A stretch of 64,000 bases of DNA from assembly GCA_040954595.2 (NCBI GenBank), contig CM082590.2:11000088-11064087 (forward strand), written 5' to 3'. How positions within the stretch are numbered: the stretch's first letter is position 1; each line of letters opens with the position of its first letter. The stretch is from Balanoglossus misakiensis. Its lineage: Eukaryota > Animalia > Hemichordata. The position numbers and the translations under genes were made by a program. Shown here in pieces: positions 25,944-39,200 of the stretch. The notes under the pieces are model-generated. The model was not told the DNA's origin, searched no databases, and saw nothing but the letters and a program-made list of their open reading frames with translations.

Positions 25944-26400
25944 CCTTCTTCTCTCTCCTCTATCTCCTTCTCTATCTCTTTTTCCCTACCCTCTCTCTCT
26001 CCCTCTCTATCTTGCCGTCTCTAACTGATAAAGTCAAGAAAGGGCAGGCATCAGTTACTAGATTACAAACAAAAAAACTGTGAAAAACTCTGCAAAACAT
26101 GACAGTTTCGCTGATGTTCTAGCTGTCAAATGAGGAAATAAATATTTTTTGTTAAGTAGACAAGTTACTAAGGCCCGAAATGGTTGATGTAATGCATTTT
26201 AGTTACCATATCAACAATATAATTATCAAAGTGCAAAGATGTGACAAAATAGTAGTATTAGCAATATGGTTCTTTTAATCAAACTCAGTAGCATTTAGCA
26301 ATTGTCATGGCAACCACCCTGATGTCATTAATCTAGAATTTAAAAAAAGGAAACCTAAAATGATTACTTCAAAAGATGTCTGATTGGTTTTCATGGCAAC
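23559..26400. promoter_or_regulatory. Cluster of RFX X-box motifs upstream of the EML start codon
   Basis: GTTGCCATGACAAT 23559, GTTGCCTTGACAAC 24110, GTTGCTATGGAAAC 25615, ATTGTCATGGCAAC 26301, GTTTTCATGGCAAC 26387; minus-strand donor sites downstream at 23418 and 25446. Confidence 0.55.
25861..25942. repeat. (TATC)n microsatellite in a CT-rich tract
   Basis: Directly visible. Confidence 0.95.
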
Positions 26401-29400
26401 TCCACGGTTTATTATTCCCAAAATCTAATTATTTCTCATCATAGTTCAAGACCAATTTTGACCAGGAAGAATTACATGGACCACACAATATGGTGTCCAA
26501 GTTTTCATTGTCATGGTTACAGATATGATGATGAACAGTTCAGCTTGTTATCAACATTGTATCAAAACAAAGTCATTTTGCCCTATCACTCAAGAAATTG
26601 AGGTAGTCTTGGTCATAATACGACTCAAAAATAAAAGTAAAGTTGGAAAACTACCAACATTTTATAAGAGGTGTTAATCACTGTTTGACGTACATTTTTA
26701 CATTCAAATCGAAATTAAGATGTTACTTTAATTGGCAAACATGGCCATTTTGACAACTTGCAATGTGGGTCAAATAATTTCCCCCTTATTAAGTGATAAA
26801 TAACATGTTCCATGAACAAAAAATAAACATGGCACATGTTATGATTATAGATGTCTACATAGCTGCATGAAGATTGATTGGTTGAATCAACAGGTGTTTG
26901 GAGACAAGCTAGCCTTGTGATTGGTTATTGGGCCTGTTAGTTCCAATTGCTGACATTTCTACATCACTGGTTACACACTAATTATGTAAAAACAGTCTTT
27001 TAATTTTGCACTGCTTACCTTGTCGGATAGCCATGATTTTGTGCTAAAAATTTCAGCTACAATTATTTGTGCAATGTTCTCCAGGTCACTTGTGGATGAT
27101 CAATTTGCAAAGCCAGACCAAGGCCACGGTGATTGTGTTACATGAATTCCCCACACTTGTGTGATTTGTCGAACGAGTATCTTGTTACACGCAGATGAAG
27201 TGTCTCTCGCACTGTGACACATCCGTCAACACAATGTATCCAATTCGTGGCACGCATGAAAAACAAGTCACAATAACAACAACGCTAGTCGTTGGTCAGC
27301 CAAAACGGTCACAGCAAAGGGAAAAAAGTTTGCCACCAATTGGTCAAACCAGAGTTAGAAGTGGTTGTAAAAACTGTTCACAAAAATGTTACGGCCGAGT
27401 CAGCTGCTGTGGTGTATCAAGTTGTTCACACTCCAATGAAATAACAGGGCCTGTTGAAAACAATGCTACACCTTGATTGCGACTATGTATTATACTATTA
27501 AACACGGCAAGCTAGCAAGTTTGTCCGAATGTTAATTGTGACAAGTTTCATCACGAGTACGCACGAATCAAGTTCATTATCAGGGTTGCAACTTACAAAT
27601 CTTTCTATAACTGCAGGCAGCAGTCACTTGATTTTGTAGCAGAGAATTCGAACCTGATTGTGCTTAATGTATTCTGAAATATTTTTGGTTAGTAGCACAC
27701 AATTAGGAACGGCAGTATTGAACTTTAAACTGTAAATGCTGAGGTAATTATTTCACAAAATGTTCCAGTGCACACACAGCACAGTTTAATTCTTTTGGCT
27801 ATAGAAAAACCGAAGTGTTAATATTTGAACACTGGCTAGGCTATATCAACCTGGCTTACAGCAAAAATGAAATTATGTTGATTAAGTTCGCTAATGCATT
27901 TCATTGAGGCCCTGTGGTGATTTCTGCAATCCTCTAATCATGGATGAAATAGAAAAAAATCCAGTTATTGGTATTTACAAAGCTAATAAAGAAATGACAG
28001 GTGAAATACACTTAAATGCCTGTATGAATAAGTAATTGAGTGGTCCCAATTTTAATTAAAATTAATCGAACAGGTTCCTAATGATTTATCTGATCAAAAA
28101 TGTAAACAGGAGATTAAACTGTTTGTTCAACCTAAATAAATCTTTTCACAATAATTTTAGCCTACTGGGAATATGAGGTCTTTCAAAAGAATTTTTGGCT
28201 GGTGAGAATTAAAATTTGGTAACCAAGAGGCTGAAATTAATCTTGTTAACAGGGCATTTGATTGAATTAGCTAATAATTGTTGTCAATGGCAACACTCTG
28301 ATTAGTGATCGCTTCACCAATTTTATAAATATATTGTAAAATTGAGAGTACTCCTATCTATGAAGCTTGCCCCTAAAAAAATTTACAACACTTAAGAAAT
28401 TGAGAAAAATTAAATTAAACAAAATTACTTGGTTTTCAAATAGTCGATTTGAGTTCAGAATTATGCTATTTTTGATCTAAAATGTTTTTGACCTAAAATG
28501 CTTAGTTATTATTACATATGCTAAGAGTCATGACCTTGATACTAGAATGGGAAAAGAGACCGATGATAATTAGATCACTGTGAATTAGTTTCTACAATTT
28601 TTCCCTCTGTGACCGACTTTCACACGTGATGATGACAAGGTTTAAGAGGTACAAAATCAAGCTGACTGCCAGGGAACTGAATCGAGCACTTGAGGGGAAA
28701 TATTCCACAACTCAGTTGACTGCTTTCGAATTTTCAGAAATCTGGCTCTCAGCTCAGAACAGTCTGCTTCCACAAGAGGAGTTGAATTATGTAATTATCC
28801 AGATCAACTTTCTTAATTCCAAGAAGCCACAGCTACAGTATTTACAGATCCATGTCCTCTGCGACAGCGATGAAAATATTCTAGAGCGAGATCCTCATAG
28901 CGTCGCCAGTCAAAACAGTATGAATTTTGGAGAGAATATCCACAACCCGGGAAAAATGAAATCCTGGCAAAAACGTCCGACAGAAACACACTACGATGCA
29001 CACAACCAGGACAGTTGACCAATTACACCAGAAAATTCCAACAAGTCGGAGAACGCAAGTGAAAAATCAAATTATTCAGCATCTGTGGATGTACGCTACG
29101 TCTATCCAGTCAAAGAACCGTACGAGTGACTGAGAACATTCAATGCGTAAAAAAAACCTCAAAAACTAGAGCGTATCGTGGATACTGCAACTTGACTCAC
29201 TATCCATTGTTTGCAAACCACTTTAAATGGTATCCGTGTTACTCCGTGCTCTCCAGGAGAGGGTCAAAGTTCACCGGGAAAAGAAAAGCGCTGACATTTA
29301 CCTCAAGTCAATGAACCAATTATATCTGACTGTGGATTAGCCATATCACAGCTGCAGAGGTTTAAATTAAAACGGTACAAATACAAGTCCCATCGAAAGT

Positions 29401-30140
29401 TGAATCTTAACACCTCTGCTCTGTATCTAATTTATTATACACAATATGATTTTAATTTCATTAAAATGATATCTATCATTATTATATTGAAATACTACCA
29501 CAGCTTGCCTCAGACAAGCTTCAATAAATTTTCAATTGAAGAAGAAAATGGCATCTTGGTCAATTAAGAGGGCTTTGTTGATGTGGGTTTCTTTTTACCA
29601 AGATAAAAGACCTACTAAACTCAACCATTAGACCTGGGACAATTTCAATTAACTTGCGTGAACTGCAATTTTCAGGCTGCAGCTAGATTCAGAAAGAAAA
29701 CCACAACAAGGAGACAACTACTTTCTCGATCGATCTCCACCCATTAGAATTGAAACTGTACGGACGCATTTTCATTCACTGAGAAAAAGGCATTGATGCA
29801 GAAAACAGCCTTTAATGGGTTGTCAGGTGAAATCATTGTCGCTCCGAGATGCTAGATCCCAACTCTGATAGTAATAGTTCCTCTAAATGAACCATACAAT
29901 GACATGGCTGTTTTAAATTGCGGAAAAGTGAGTGCTCGGGAAAGAGTCTGTTCCTCGTCTCCCACCCCTAATTTTGTTTCCAAAATTTATATTACATTCA
30001 TGCCACAGAAAAACAAAAGCAATCCACTGTGTTTTATATAACGGTTCACGAACTGTGTCCTCCACAAATGCCCACATTCATTTAACGACTATCACATCTC
30101 CATTAGGTAGTAAAAATTTAAGGGGTCAGCTCACGACATT

Positions 30141-32760
30141 AAATTTATTTTATTATTTTTATTTTTATTTATTCTTTAATTCAGGCCGTATGCCCATACT
30201 GTAAAAAAAACATACAAAACAAACCCAGAAACAACTCCATAAAAGAAAGACACAAAAGAAAGAAAAGAAAAATCCCAAAAACTTAATGAAGAACAACCCT
30301 GCAATGCCCCCAGAATGTAGATAAAAAGTAACAGTCAGTCTGTATACAGCTGCGGATAACCGGGTTACCGCTTTTTTGTAAGCGTTGGCAAAAGGAGAAA
30401 ACCAACTTTCGATGTAGCGAGGTGAAGTTCAAAATATTCCTACTTACAAAGTTATGACTTATGCTTACATCGCGTTTCAGATTAAAAATCAATCTTAAGG
30501 CATTGTTATACGCAACTTTTAAAGTAGACATTTGTTTGACACTGTAGTTACACCACACGTTAAGACAATAAACACTATATAAAAAACTTTTAAAAAGAGT
30601 GCACTTCACCTTATGTGAGCAATGGCCAAAATTACGCAAAATAAAATTAGCTCTAGCATAAAAGCAACGAAGCTGCCGCTGCATATCAGCATCATCCATA
30701 CCCGAAGAGGACATAATATAGCCAAGATACTTTTTTGTACATACATACTTAAGAGGTTTACCATACAAATATACACAAGGAATTCTGTGTGCTTTCCAAG
30801 ACTTAGGGAAAATTGCCATACACTCTGTCTTTGCAGTATGAAAAATAATATCATGCTCATTTCCATAAAGTTCACAAATGTTACTCAGTTTCTGTAATGC
30901 TTTGACCGACGGACAAATCAAGACTAAATCGTCTGCATAGAACAAATGGTTAACAATGGTATTAGCTAGGTAACAGCCAGCCCCGGCTGATTGCAGCTGA
31001 CCGCTTAAATCATTTACATATATAGCGAACAGTTTGGGTGAGAGAATACTTCCTTGCCGTACACCGTTGATAACACTGAAGGAATTAGAAATAACAGATG
31101 CCCAGCGCACAGAAAAGCATTGATTACTATACCAATATTGTAAAATACGAATAATAAAAAGAGGTATCTTGCAGTTAATCAGTTTTCTAAACAAAGTCCA
31201 GTGGTTGACCCTATCAAAAGCTTTCGTAGCATCCATAAAACAGAGGTAAACTGGCGTATTATGCCTCTTATAAAAGTCAACAATTTCTTTGAGAACAAAG
31301 ATACACATGTCGGTAGAGTGATTACTTTTAAAACCAAACTGTAAATTGCTTGTATCTAAGAGTGAATCAATACGAGATAGAATACAAAGTTCCAGAACTT
31401 TCGAGATGGCCGTGACAATTGCAATGGGCCTATAATTATCCACAGAAGTAAGATCTTTGGATTTATCCTTCACAATAGGACAAATAATGGCGTGCATTAA
31501 AGTCTCAGGTAAATAACCATGTGTAAAAAAACTAGTAAAACATAAACTCAACATAACGCAAATGATTGGACTTGCATACATGAGATGTTCGGCACCAAGA
31601 CCATCATAGCCCAATGCCTTTCCCTTCTCAAGCTTATCAATACACCCTTTTAGTTCCATCGCAGTAACAACCATGGCATTGTTGTGGGAACCAGTTTCAT
31701 TTAACGATGACAATACAAATGCTCTATCACGACAGTTCGAAACAGAATTCAACAAACTTTCATAATGTTGTTTCCACATATCGGCAACATTTTCATGACC
31801 GGTGCAGCCACCTACACTGGTCGGAAGCGAAGATAAACAACCACGAGTGGTATGTACAGACTGCCAAAACTTACGTGTGCCCCCCTGCGTCAAGTTGTTG
31901 GCCAAAGCCTGGGCCCTGGCTACGTTTTCATCTCTTCTACACGCCCGTAAAACCGACTTAAATTTTGCACGAGTTCTGCGCATGAGATCAAAGAGCGGGC
32001 CAAACCTAGGCCTGCCATTAGCAGCCCATAATTTAAATGCATCACGAGCGGCAGTGTGAAAATCACGTACATGTTCATTCCAACCTGGAACAGTTTTAAA
32101 ACCCAACCCCTCTGCCTTCGAAGCAGGAATGCAGTTCAACGCAGCTGATTTAAGAGAAGTAACAATATTCGAATACAAAGAATTTAGACTGCTAATGTGA
32201 TCTATATTCTTACAGTTAGGATCTCGACATACAAGAGCAACATTTGGGATATCCAGTCTACGGAGTAAGCACTCCGTCATATGTTCATAAGCAGACAAGT
32301 TCCTGGGTGTCGCTTTACTCCAGTTAGGCTTCACATGAGCATTGGTCACATTTTGTGGAATCGGATCTGTATGTACTAACCCAACAATATCAATATTTAC
32401 AGAAAGAGGAAAATGGTCAGAGGACACATAATCATACAAAATACCAATACTAGAAATAGCATTATGTACTGCATGGGTGCTCAAAATATGGTCCAACCAA
32501 CCAGTACTACCATGTGCATCACTAACGAATGTAAAATTATCATTGCATCTACCAAGCTTTTCAACATCGGAGATATACAAATTATGTTCTTTACAAAAAA
32601 TATCAAGCTCCCTAGCAAATATTGTACCAAAGTTAGCGTTAAAATCGCCAAGAATTATAACATTCGTTGTGTCAATATCATTAATAATGCAATTAATTTT
32701 TGCCAAATAATTCATATAAGTGTCATAATTTTCTCCAGAACAGGTCGGGAGGTACGGCAT
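30141..32760 (-). mobile_element. 5'-truncated non-LTR retrotransposon (LINE), RTE-X-like
   Basis: Uninterrupted ORF, short 3' UTR and A-rich tail (aataaataaaaataaaaataataaaataaa) at ~30141-30175; the 5' end breaks off inside the endonuclease domain. Confidence 0.9.
30283..32760 (-). CDS. LINE ORF2: partial APE endonuclease + reverse transcriptase (825 aa)
   Basis: EN motifs ILGDFNA, WLDHIL, SDHFP; RT motifs NYRPIAI, LQFGFK, DATKAFDRV, GVRQGSILSP, FYADDLVL, KYLG; linker PGWNEHV..AARDAFKLW...GRPRFGP..MRRTRAKFK is typical of RTE-X-type elements. Confidence 0.93.
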   Translation of the reverse strand: MPYLPTCSGENYDTYMNYLAKINCIINDIDTTNVIILGDFNANFGTIFARELDIFCKEHNLYISDVEKLGRCNDNFTFVSDAHGSTGWLDHILSTHAVHNAISSIGILYDYVSSDHFPLSVNIDIVGLVHTDPIPQNVTNAHVKPNWSKATPRNLSAYEHMTECLLRRLDIPNVALVCRDPNCKNIDHISSLNSLYSNIVTSLKSAALNCIPASKAEGLGFKTVPGWNEHVRDFHTAARDAFKLWAANGRPRFGPLFDLMRRTRAKFKSVLRACRRDENVARAQALANNLTQGGTRKFWQSVHTTRGCLSSLPTSVGGCTGHENVADMWKQHYESLLNSVSNCRDRAFVLSSLNETGSHNNAMVVTAMELKGCIDKLEKGKALGYDGLGAEHLMYASPIICVMLSLCFTSFFTHGYLPETLMHAIICPIVKDKSKDLTSVDNYRPIAIVTAISKVLELCILSRIDSLLDTSNLQFGFKSNHSTDMCIFVLKEIVDFYKRHNTPVYLCFMDATKAFDRVNHWTLFRKLINCKIPLFIIRILQYWYSNQCFSVRWASVISNSFSVINGVRQGSILSPKLFAIYVNDLSGQLQSAGAGCYLANTIVNHLFYADDLVLICPSVKALQKLSNICELYGNEHDIIFHTAKTECMAIFPKSWKAHRIPCVYLYGKPLKYVCTKKYLGYIMSSSGMDDADMQRQLRCFYARANFILRNFGHCSHKVKCTLFKSFLYSVYCLNVWCNYSVKQMSTLKVAYNNALRLIFNLKRDVSISHNFVSRNILNFTSLHRKLVFSFCQRLQKSGNPVIRSCIQTDCYFLSTFWGHCRVVLH

Positions 32761-33842
32761 TTATTTCTGCATTTATTTCTACGGTTTGGCGATTACATGG
32801 TTGACATCTATTAAAATCAAATTAAGGGGGCACCTTTCTGTTATTATTCTGGGTAATGCATATCACAACTAGAATCCTATATTTTCAATTTTTTAGTCCC
32901 TATGGTAGCGAGACTTCCAATCGCTGACCACAAACTGTCAGACTAACTGACAACAGGCACTCCGATCTGAACTACGTCACACACTTAACAACGCAGCGTG
33001 CTTCAATCATGCACGCAATTTACACTCAACTACTGCGCTAACAATATATCATCATCACCGTCTTTTGTTTGCCCATCCCAATTAACCTTACCGTCTACAC
33101 AACTTGTGAACATAAAAGATTTGTATTATATCCAAATAAAATCATTCTGTAATCACAAACACAGTTCCCCCGAGTGTCGAGTTGCCATGGGAATCAATAA
33201 GTTAATGGTTTCGTTAATTTGATTTCAGGGAGAGTAACTATAACCTGATAATATTTTCAGACTTATTTCTTTAGTAAACTGATTGCATTTTCAACAACGA
33301 TTCCCTGTGGTCAAGTAAAAATACTAATAATACTTAGCGTTCAATACAGAGACCACGACTATTGTTACCAACTAAATTGAAGTCAGCACCAAATTCAAAT
33401 GTCAACAATATGAATTAATATAATCAGGAAAATCATAGCAACAGGAATTCTTTTTAATGATTATGAGAATGTATACTCTTATACCACAAAGAGATATTTT
33501 TGAAACATCATATAATATATATGCTATCTGCACCCAATCACTAAGTTTATATTTTGTCAGAAAAAATTATGATTCGAGTTTATGGTGGTTCTAACTGGGT
33601 CACCTTCAAAATTAAGCCGAAACAGGACCGGCCATAACTGGATATAAGACGGCAATTAATTTGCTATTACGAACTCTAAAAAGTTAACAGAAAAGTAACT
33701 GATGGATGTATTTATAGAAACAAAAATTGAATTATGTAGTTTACTCAGGGCGAGACTCCAATCTTTTGAAAGATTTCTGAGACCCAATTGGCAAACATCA
33801 AAGAATGAATTATCAAAAGTTTTTTTGTGATTAAACTCTGAG

Positions 33843-34153
33843 CATTAATTATGTTTTATACAAGACACGGTTAATGTTTATGTACATGTGGATACATAGT
33901 GAATCAACGTTCAACCACACACAACTTCCATCCTGCTTGTAGACACGAGAGTGAAAGAACTCAACCAAAAAATGAATAATCGTTCTCTACCATTTATTCA
34001 TTTTGGGCGAGTTTTCACTCTCGTATCATACAAGCGGGATGGAAATCGTGTATGTTCATTCACTGTACACATCAAAATTAACATAAACGTGTGTCTTGTA
34101 TCAAACATAATTAATGGAAAAGGGGCAGCGAGAGAGAGACTTTGCCCCTTTAA
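33843..34153. mobile_element. Kolobok-like MITE copy (one terminus lost), opposite orientation to the 51.5-52.8 kb copies
   Basis: Internal sequence (ttcaaccacacacaacttccatcctgcttgtagacacgagagtgaaagaact...) is the reverse complement of 52250-52300; ends ...gactttgcccct+TTAA. Confidence 0.8.
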
Positions 34154-36219
34154 CATGACAGGCAGTGTTTAGGGATCATTAATGAACAAACGCAGATAAT
34201 ACATAAATCTACAATAACTATTATGTGAGCACAGAGTCTTGATTGGTCTTGTGGGGATAAGTTAGTTTTTCCTGGACACATGGATGTCTACTCTCGGGAG
34301 ATTATGAAGAATTGCTTTTTTGCTTAGACATGTACTTTTTATAATCAGTGCAATTTTTCTTCAGCTTAGATTATGATAGATATAGCAAAGTCTGTTTGGA
34401 ATAAAATGAAATAATTTACTAAATACAGACAACTATCTTAGGATTTGATTAAGGCTTCTTTTTGAGATCCAAAAATACAAAGTACTGACTATTAAACTAC
34501 CAATATATGCAGAACTTTGTTTTAAACAAATGGATTATAGTATAGGTTTTTTTCTTACTTACTTACATCTAAAATGAGAAAAAATAATCTGGTTTTATTG
34601 ATTTATTATTTAATGATTATGAGGTATTGATTAATCTTACAATATTATGTTCAAATTATTATTGAAAAGCTATTTCAACTCACCAATCAATTTTTTAAAG
34701 AAAAATAATTTTACCCCAAAATAAAAATTTAATCCTAAAAGGCAGACATTTATATTAGCTAATATCACAACTTTCAGGAGGTATTTAACCAGTCACCCCT
34801 CTTCCTTTTACATGGATGAATCCTTACCATCAGAGTACATATGGGTTAAACCAAATTTTGGTGGTGTAAAGGGGATTATTACACAAATGACTTCAATATT
34901 AGCACTCACCTATAAAGAAAATACTAGAATATCAAAAGTCTCGCTTCGGTGTTGGGATGGTGATAATGATGATGATGATGTCAGGGGGCGATTTCCAATC
35001 GATGTCTTGAGATGTAAATGTAACCACAATCCAAAGACGTGTTTTCCTGGGTTTGTCCCGTCTCCGAAAAATTCCAGTACATTCCAGATCCAGCGTTTCC
35101 CACTTGTTTCACGGTAACTAAGGACTGCATCCTCAGCTGACGGTACCGGGGGAAAAAAAATGAATGGGAATATACCATTAAGTTTGTGGGTAAGGTAGCA
35201 TCAAAGAAAACCAGTTTGAATGATAATTCACTTTGCAGGTTTTCTCTTCAACAAAATTTGATTTTTTTTGCAACTTACATCATACTTTGTTTAAAAATAA
35301 TTGAAACTGTTTGCGGTATTTCAACTTCAAAATGTTCACAGAACCAATTGTTAGTTTGGAAGAGAGCTATATGTATATAAACAGTTTATTAATCTTAAAA
35401 AGAAAATGAACTTCTTTATGTTTTTTAAATGAAGTAACCTTCAGTAAGCCGAGTCTCAAACATATTTCGAAGAATGGAAATCTTTGTATCTTTTTTAAAT
35501 ATGTCACCAAGGACTGGAGTTCTTCAAATGAAATATATCTCAAGAAATTTCCAACACATACGAAAATGCTAATCTCTCACCCTAACATTTGACTTACTTC
35601 CATAGGAGTGGTCGAATCCAGACAAATGCATTGTCATGCAAATGATTTACTTAACCGGGAAAAGTGATTGAGCGAAATTAAAAGTGAAAGGCCCGGTTTG
35701 TAGTCGAATGTCTCGGGACCAACGCATTTGTTTGGTTTGACAGGTAAAAATCATCAATCGCAATGTAATGTTTTTTTTAAAGATGGCTCGACTTCAGAGC
35801 TCAATAAAACATGGCTTTTGACTTTTCAACTCTCAAATTTTTACAATTTTTTTTTTCGTGGGTCGGCTAATAATTTGAGGGAATAGATTTTTAAAATGAT
35901 ACTAAAACTACATGTTTTACTTGAAGCCATACGTTTTGCTCATGCTCCTGCTTACCTGTGATATAATGGTTTCACCCCCTCGTCCATCAACCTCCTGTTT
36001 TCCTAGGCAACTCCACCTCTGGTTGTAATAGTTGAGTCCATTCTGAGATTCTCATCACTCTCTTCTCTTTAATATCCTGTCCTTCAATCACATGCCAATG
36101 TTCCAGTCATTTTCTGCTGACCCTAAATAATTCGAAACACACTACACAAAATGAGAGTGCATGATTTCAAGGGGAAAAATCAATATCTGTCATTCTATCC
36201 AAACAAGAATTCCAGCATT

Positions 36220-39200
36220 GAATAAAACCATGAAAATGTTTAGATAGTACTGATCACTCACTGAATGATGTCAATGCCATGGCAACAGGTCAGCATCACT
36301 CTGGTCCAAACGGCTGTATCTGAAATATACTCAAGACTTTGACAAGATTTATATGCGGAAACAACAAATTCAAACACATTTTGTAGACTTTGGATCCACA
36401 TACAGGAAGAGAGTTATTCGTTTTGTTGTCTGTTGAGAGGCATCTTGTGTTGGTCTTGTTGATGCGATATTCCTTCATCCTGTGAATTCTTTTCTTGATT
36501 GACAAGCTTCATTCCACATGAAATATTTTTCCATCTCCAATGGCATCATGGCATCACAGTTCTGATGATCACCGTGGCATCAATACGGATAATGTTCAAA
36601 ATGGGCTAAAAGTCCTCATCTTCTTTTCCATCTCTTGTTGTCTTGACGATATCCTTAAGATCTGTGGATTGACAACAAAATGTTATAAAGTATGATCGAC
36701 ATGTAGAACCAAACAGTTTGTAATAAGCATCCCTTCAAATCAAATCTGATTCAGTAATTTCCCATCCCATTTCTAATCTATCTTTGCATATTACTGTTGC
36801 CACAACAAAGGCTTACATCCACTACTATTTGAAGAAAGTTTAGACATAACATCTATAAGCTTACCTTTGTTTCCATAAAAAAGAATTATGGTAACTCTCT
36901 TGCTAACAGCTTTTCCTTCGAGTTCTCAGCTTTTCAGCCAGTTGAACTGCCCGAGATGAAAATCGCGTTCGTTCCTCTAATGACTGGTTCGCGACAAATT
37001 ACAGAAGTTACCCTAAACTTTTACGTTAATTATGTGTGCGTGTTTGTGTGTGCATGAGTGCGGGGGGCGGGGAGGGGAGGGGGAATCTAAAGAAAGTAAA
37101 TTAACCGATACAGCTTACTTGGCAATCCCAGCAAACGAACCATCTTTCGAAGATTCCAGAGTTCCTGCGTTCAACGTTCAGTTCCAAAGTCACAAAGTTT
37201 ATAGAGTCACAGTGTTTTTGTTCAGAGTTTTTAGAGTCACAATGTTCCTGTTCAAAGTTTTGCAGGTTCCACAAAAGTTGGTCCAATGTCATGAAGATTC
37301 CTTGCAATTCCAAAAGTCTTCTTAATTCACACATTCCTCTTCAATTGCACAAAAAATCCCATCAGTCAAAGTACTGTCTCTGAGATCGGCAACTTTCGAA
37401 GATTCCAGAGTTCCTGCGTTCAACGTTCAGTTACAAAGTCACAAAGTGTTTAGAGTCACAGTGTTTTTGTTCAGAGTTTTTAGAGTCACAATGTTCCTGT
37501 TCAAAGTTTTGCAGGTTCCACAAAAGTTGGTCCAATGTCATGAAGATTCCTTGCAATTCCAAAAGTCTTCTTAATTCACACATTCCTCTTCAATTGCACA
37601 AAAAATCCCACCAGTCAAAGTACTGTCTCTGAGATCAGCAACTTTTGAAGAATTCCACAGTTCCAAGCCTTCAAGGTTCAGTTTTCAAAGTCACAAAGTT
37701 TTTAGAGTCACAAATGTTTTGTTCAGAGTTTATAGAGTCACAAATGTTTTTGTCCAGAGTTTTGCAGGTTCCACAAATCTTGATGCAATCTCATGTTGAT
37801 TCCTTGCAATTCCAAAGTCTTCCGAATTCACACATTTGACTTACCTTACACAATTGAATGTCAGTGCTAATTAATTTACCTGAAATATAAACTCAAGATA
37901 ATGCCAAAAATGTTAATTCCAACAAAGTTTGAATAGTCGTCATTTTAACACTATTTCTAAAGTTCAGATTTCTGGCAAACAGTGGGTTCAACTTTCAAAC
38001 TGGTCATCAGCAAAGTTCTTTTCCTGACTCAAAACTTGAATAAAACCATGGACATTTTTAGACAGGACTCACTCACTGAATAATGTCAATGCCATGGCAA
38101 CAGGTCAGCATCACTCTGGTCCAAACGGCTGTATCTGAAATATACTCAAGACTTTGACAAGATTTATATGCGGAAACAACAAATTCAAACATATTTTGAA
38201 GACTTTGGATTCTTGAAAAAAAACATGGAAATTTTTAGACAGGACTCACTCACTGAATGATGTCAATGCCATGGCAACAGGTCAGCACCACTCTGGTCCA
38301 AACGGCTGTATCTGAAATATACTCAAGACTTTGACAAGATTTATATGCGGAAACAACAAATTCAAACACATTTTGTAGACTTTGGATCCACATACAGGAA
38401 GAGAGTTATTCGTTTTGTTGTCTGTTGAGAGGCATCTTGTGTTGGTCTTGTTGATGCGATATTCCTTCATCCTGTGAATTCTCTTCTTGATTGACAAGCT
38501 TCATTCCACATGAAATATTTTTCCATCTCCAATGGCATCATGGCATCACAGTTCTGATGATCACCGTGGCATCAATACGGATAATGTTCAAAATGGGCTA
38601 AAAGTCTTCAACTTCTTTTCCATCTCTTGTTGTCTTGACGATATCCTTAAGATCTGTGCATTGACAACAAAATGTTATCAAGTATGATCGACATGTAGAA
38701 CCAAACAGTTTGAAATAAGCCTCCCTTCAAATCAAATCTGATTCAGTAATTTCCCATCCCATTTCTAATCTGTCTTTGCATGCATATTACTGTTGCCACA
38801 ACAAAGGCTGACATCCACTACTGTCTGAAGAAAGTTTAGACATAACATCTATAAGCTTACCTTTGTTTCCATAAAAAAGAATTATGGTAACTCTCTTGCT
38901 AACAGCTTTTCCTTCGAGTTCTCAGCTTTTCAGCCAGTTGAACTGCCTGAGATGAAAATCGCGTTCGTTCCTCTAATGACTGGTTCGCGACAAATTACAG
39001 AAGTTACCCTAAACTTTTACATTAATTATGTGTGCGTGTTTGTGTGTGCATGAGTGCGGGGGGCGGGGAGGGGGAGGGGATCTAAAGAAAGTAAATTAAC
39101 CGATACAGCTTACTTGGCAATCCCAGCAAACGAACCATCTTTCGAAGATTCCAGAGTTCCTGCGTTCAACGTTCAGTTCCAAAGTCACAAAGTTTATAGA

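Noticed and set aside
27019-27034. ATGGCTATCCGACAAG|gtaagc as the first coding exon of EML
   Set aside because: Splicing to acceptor 22997 puts it out of frame with MPQKP... and it meets a stop after ~38 codons; at most a uORF in a 5' UTR exon.
28626-29018. 130-aa plus-strand ORF
   Set aside because: GTG start, no recognisable motif and no supporting exon chain.
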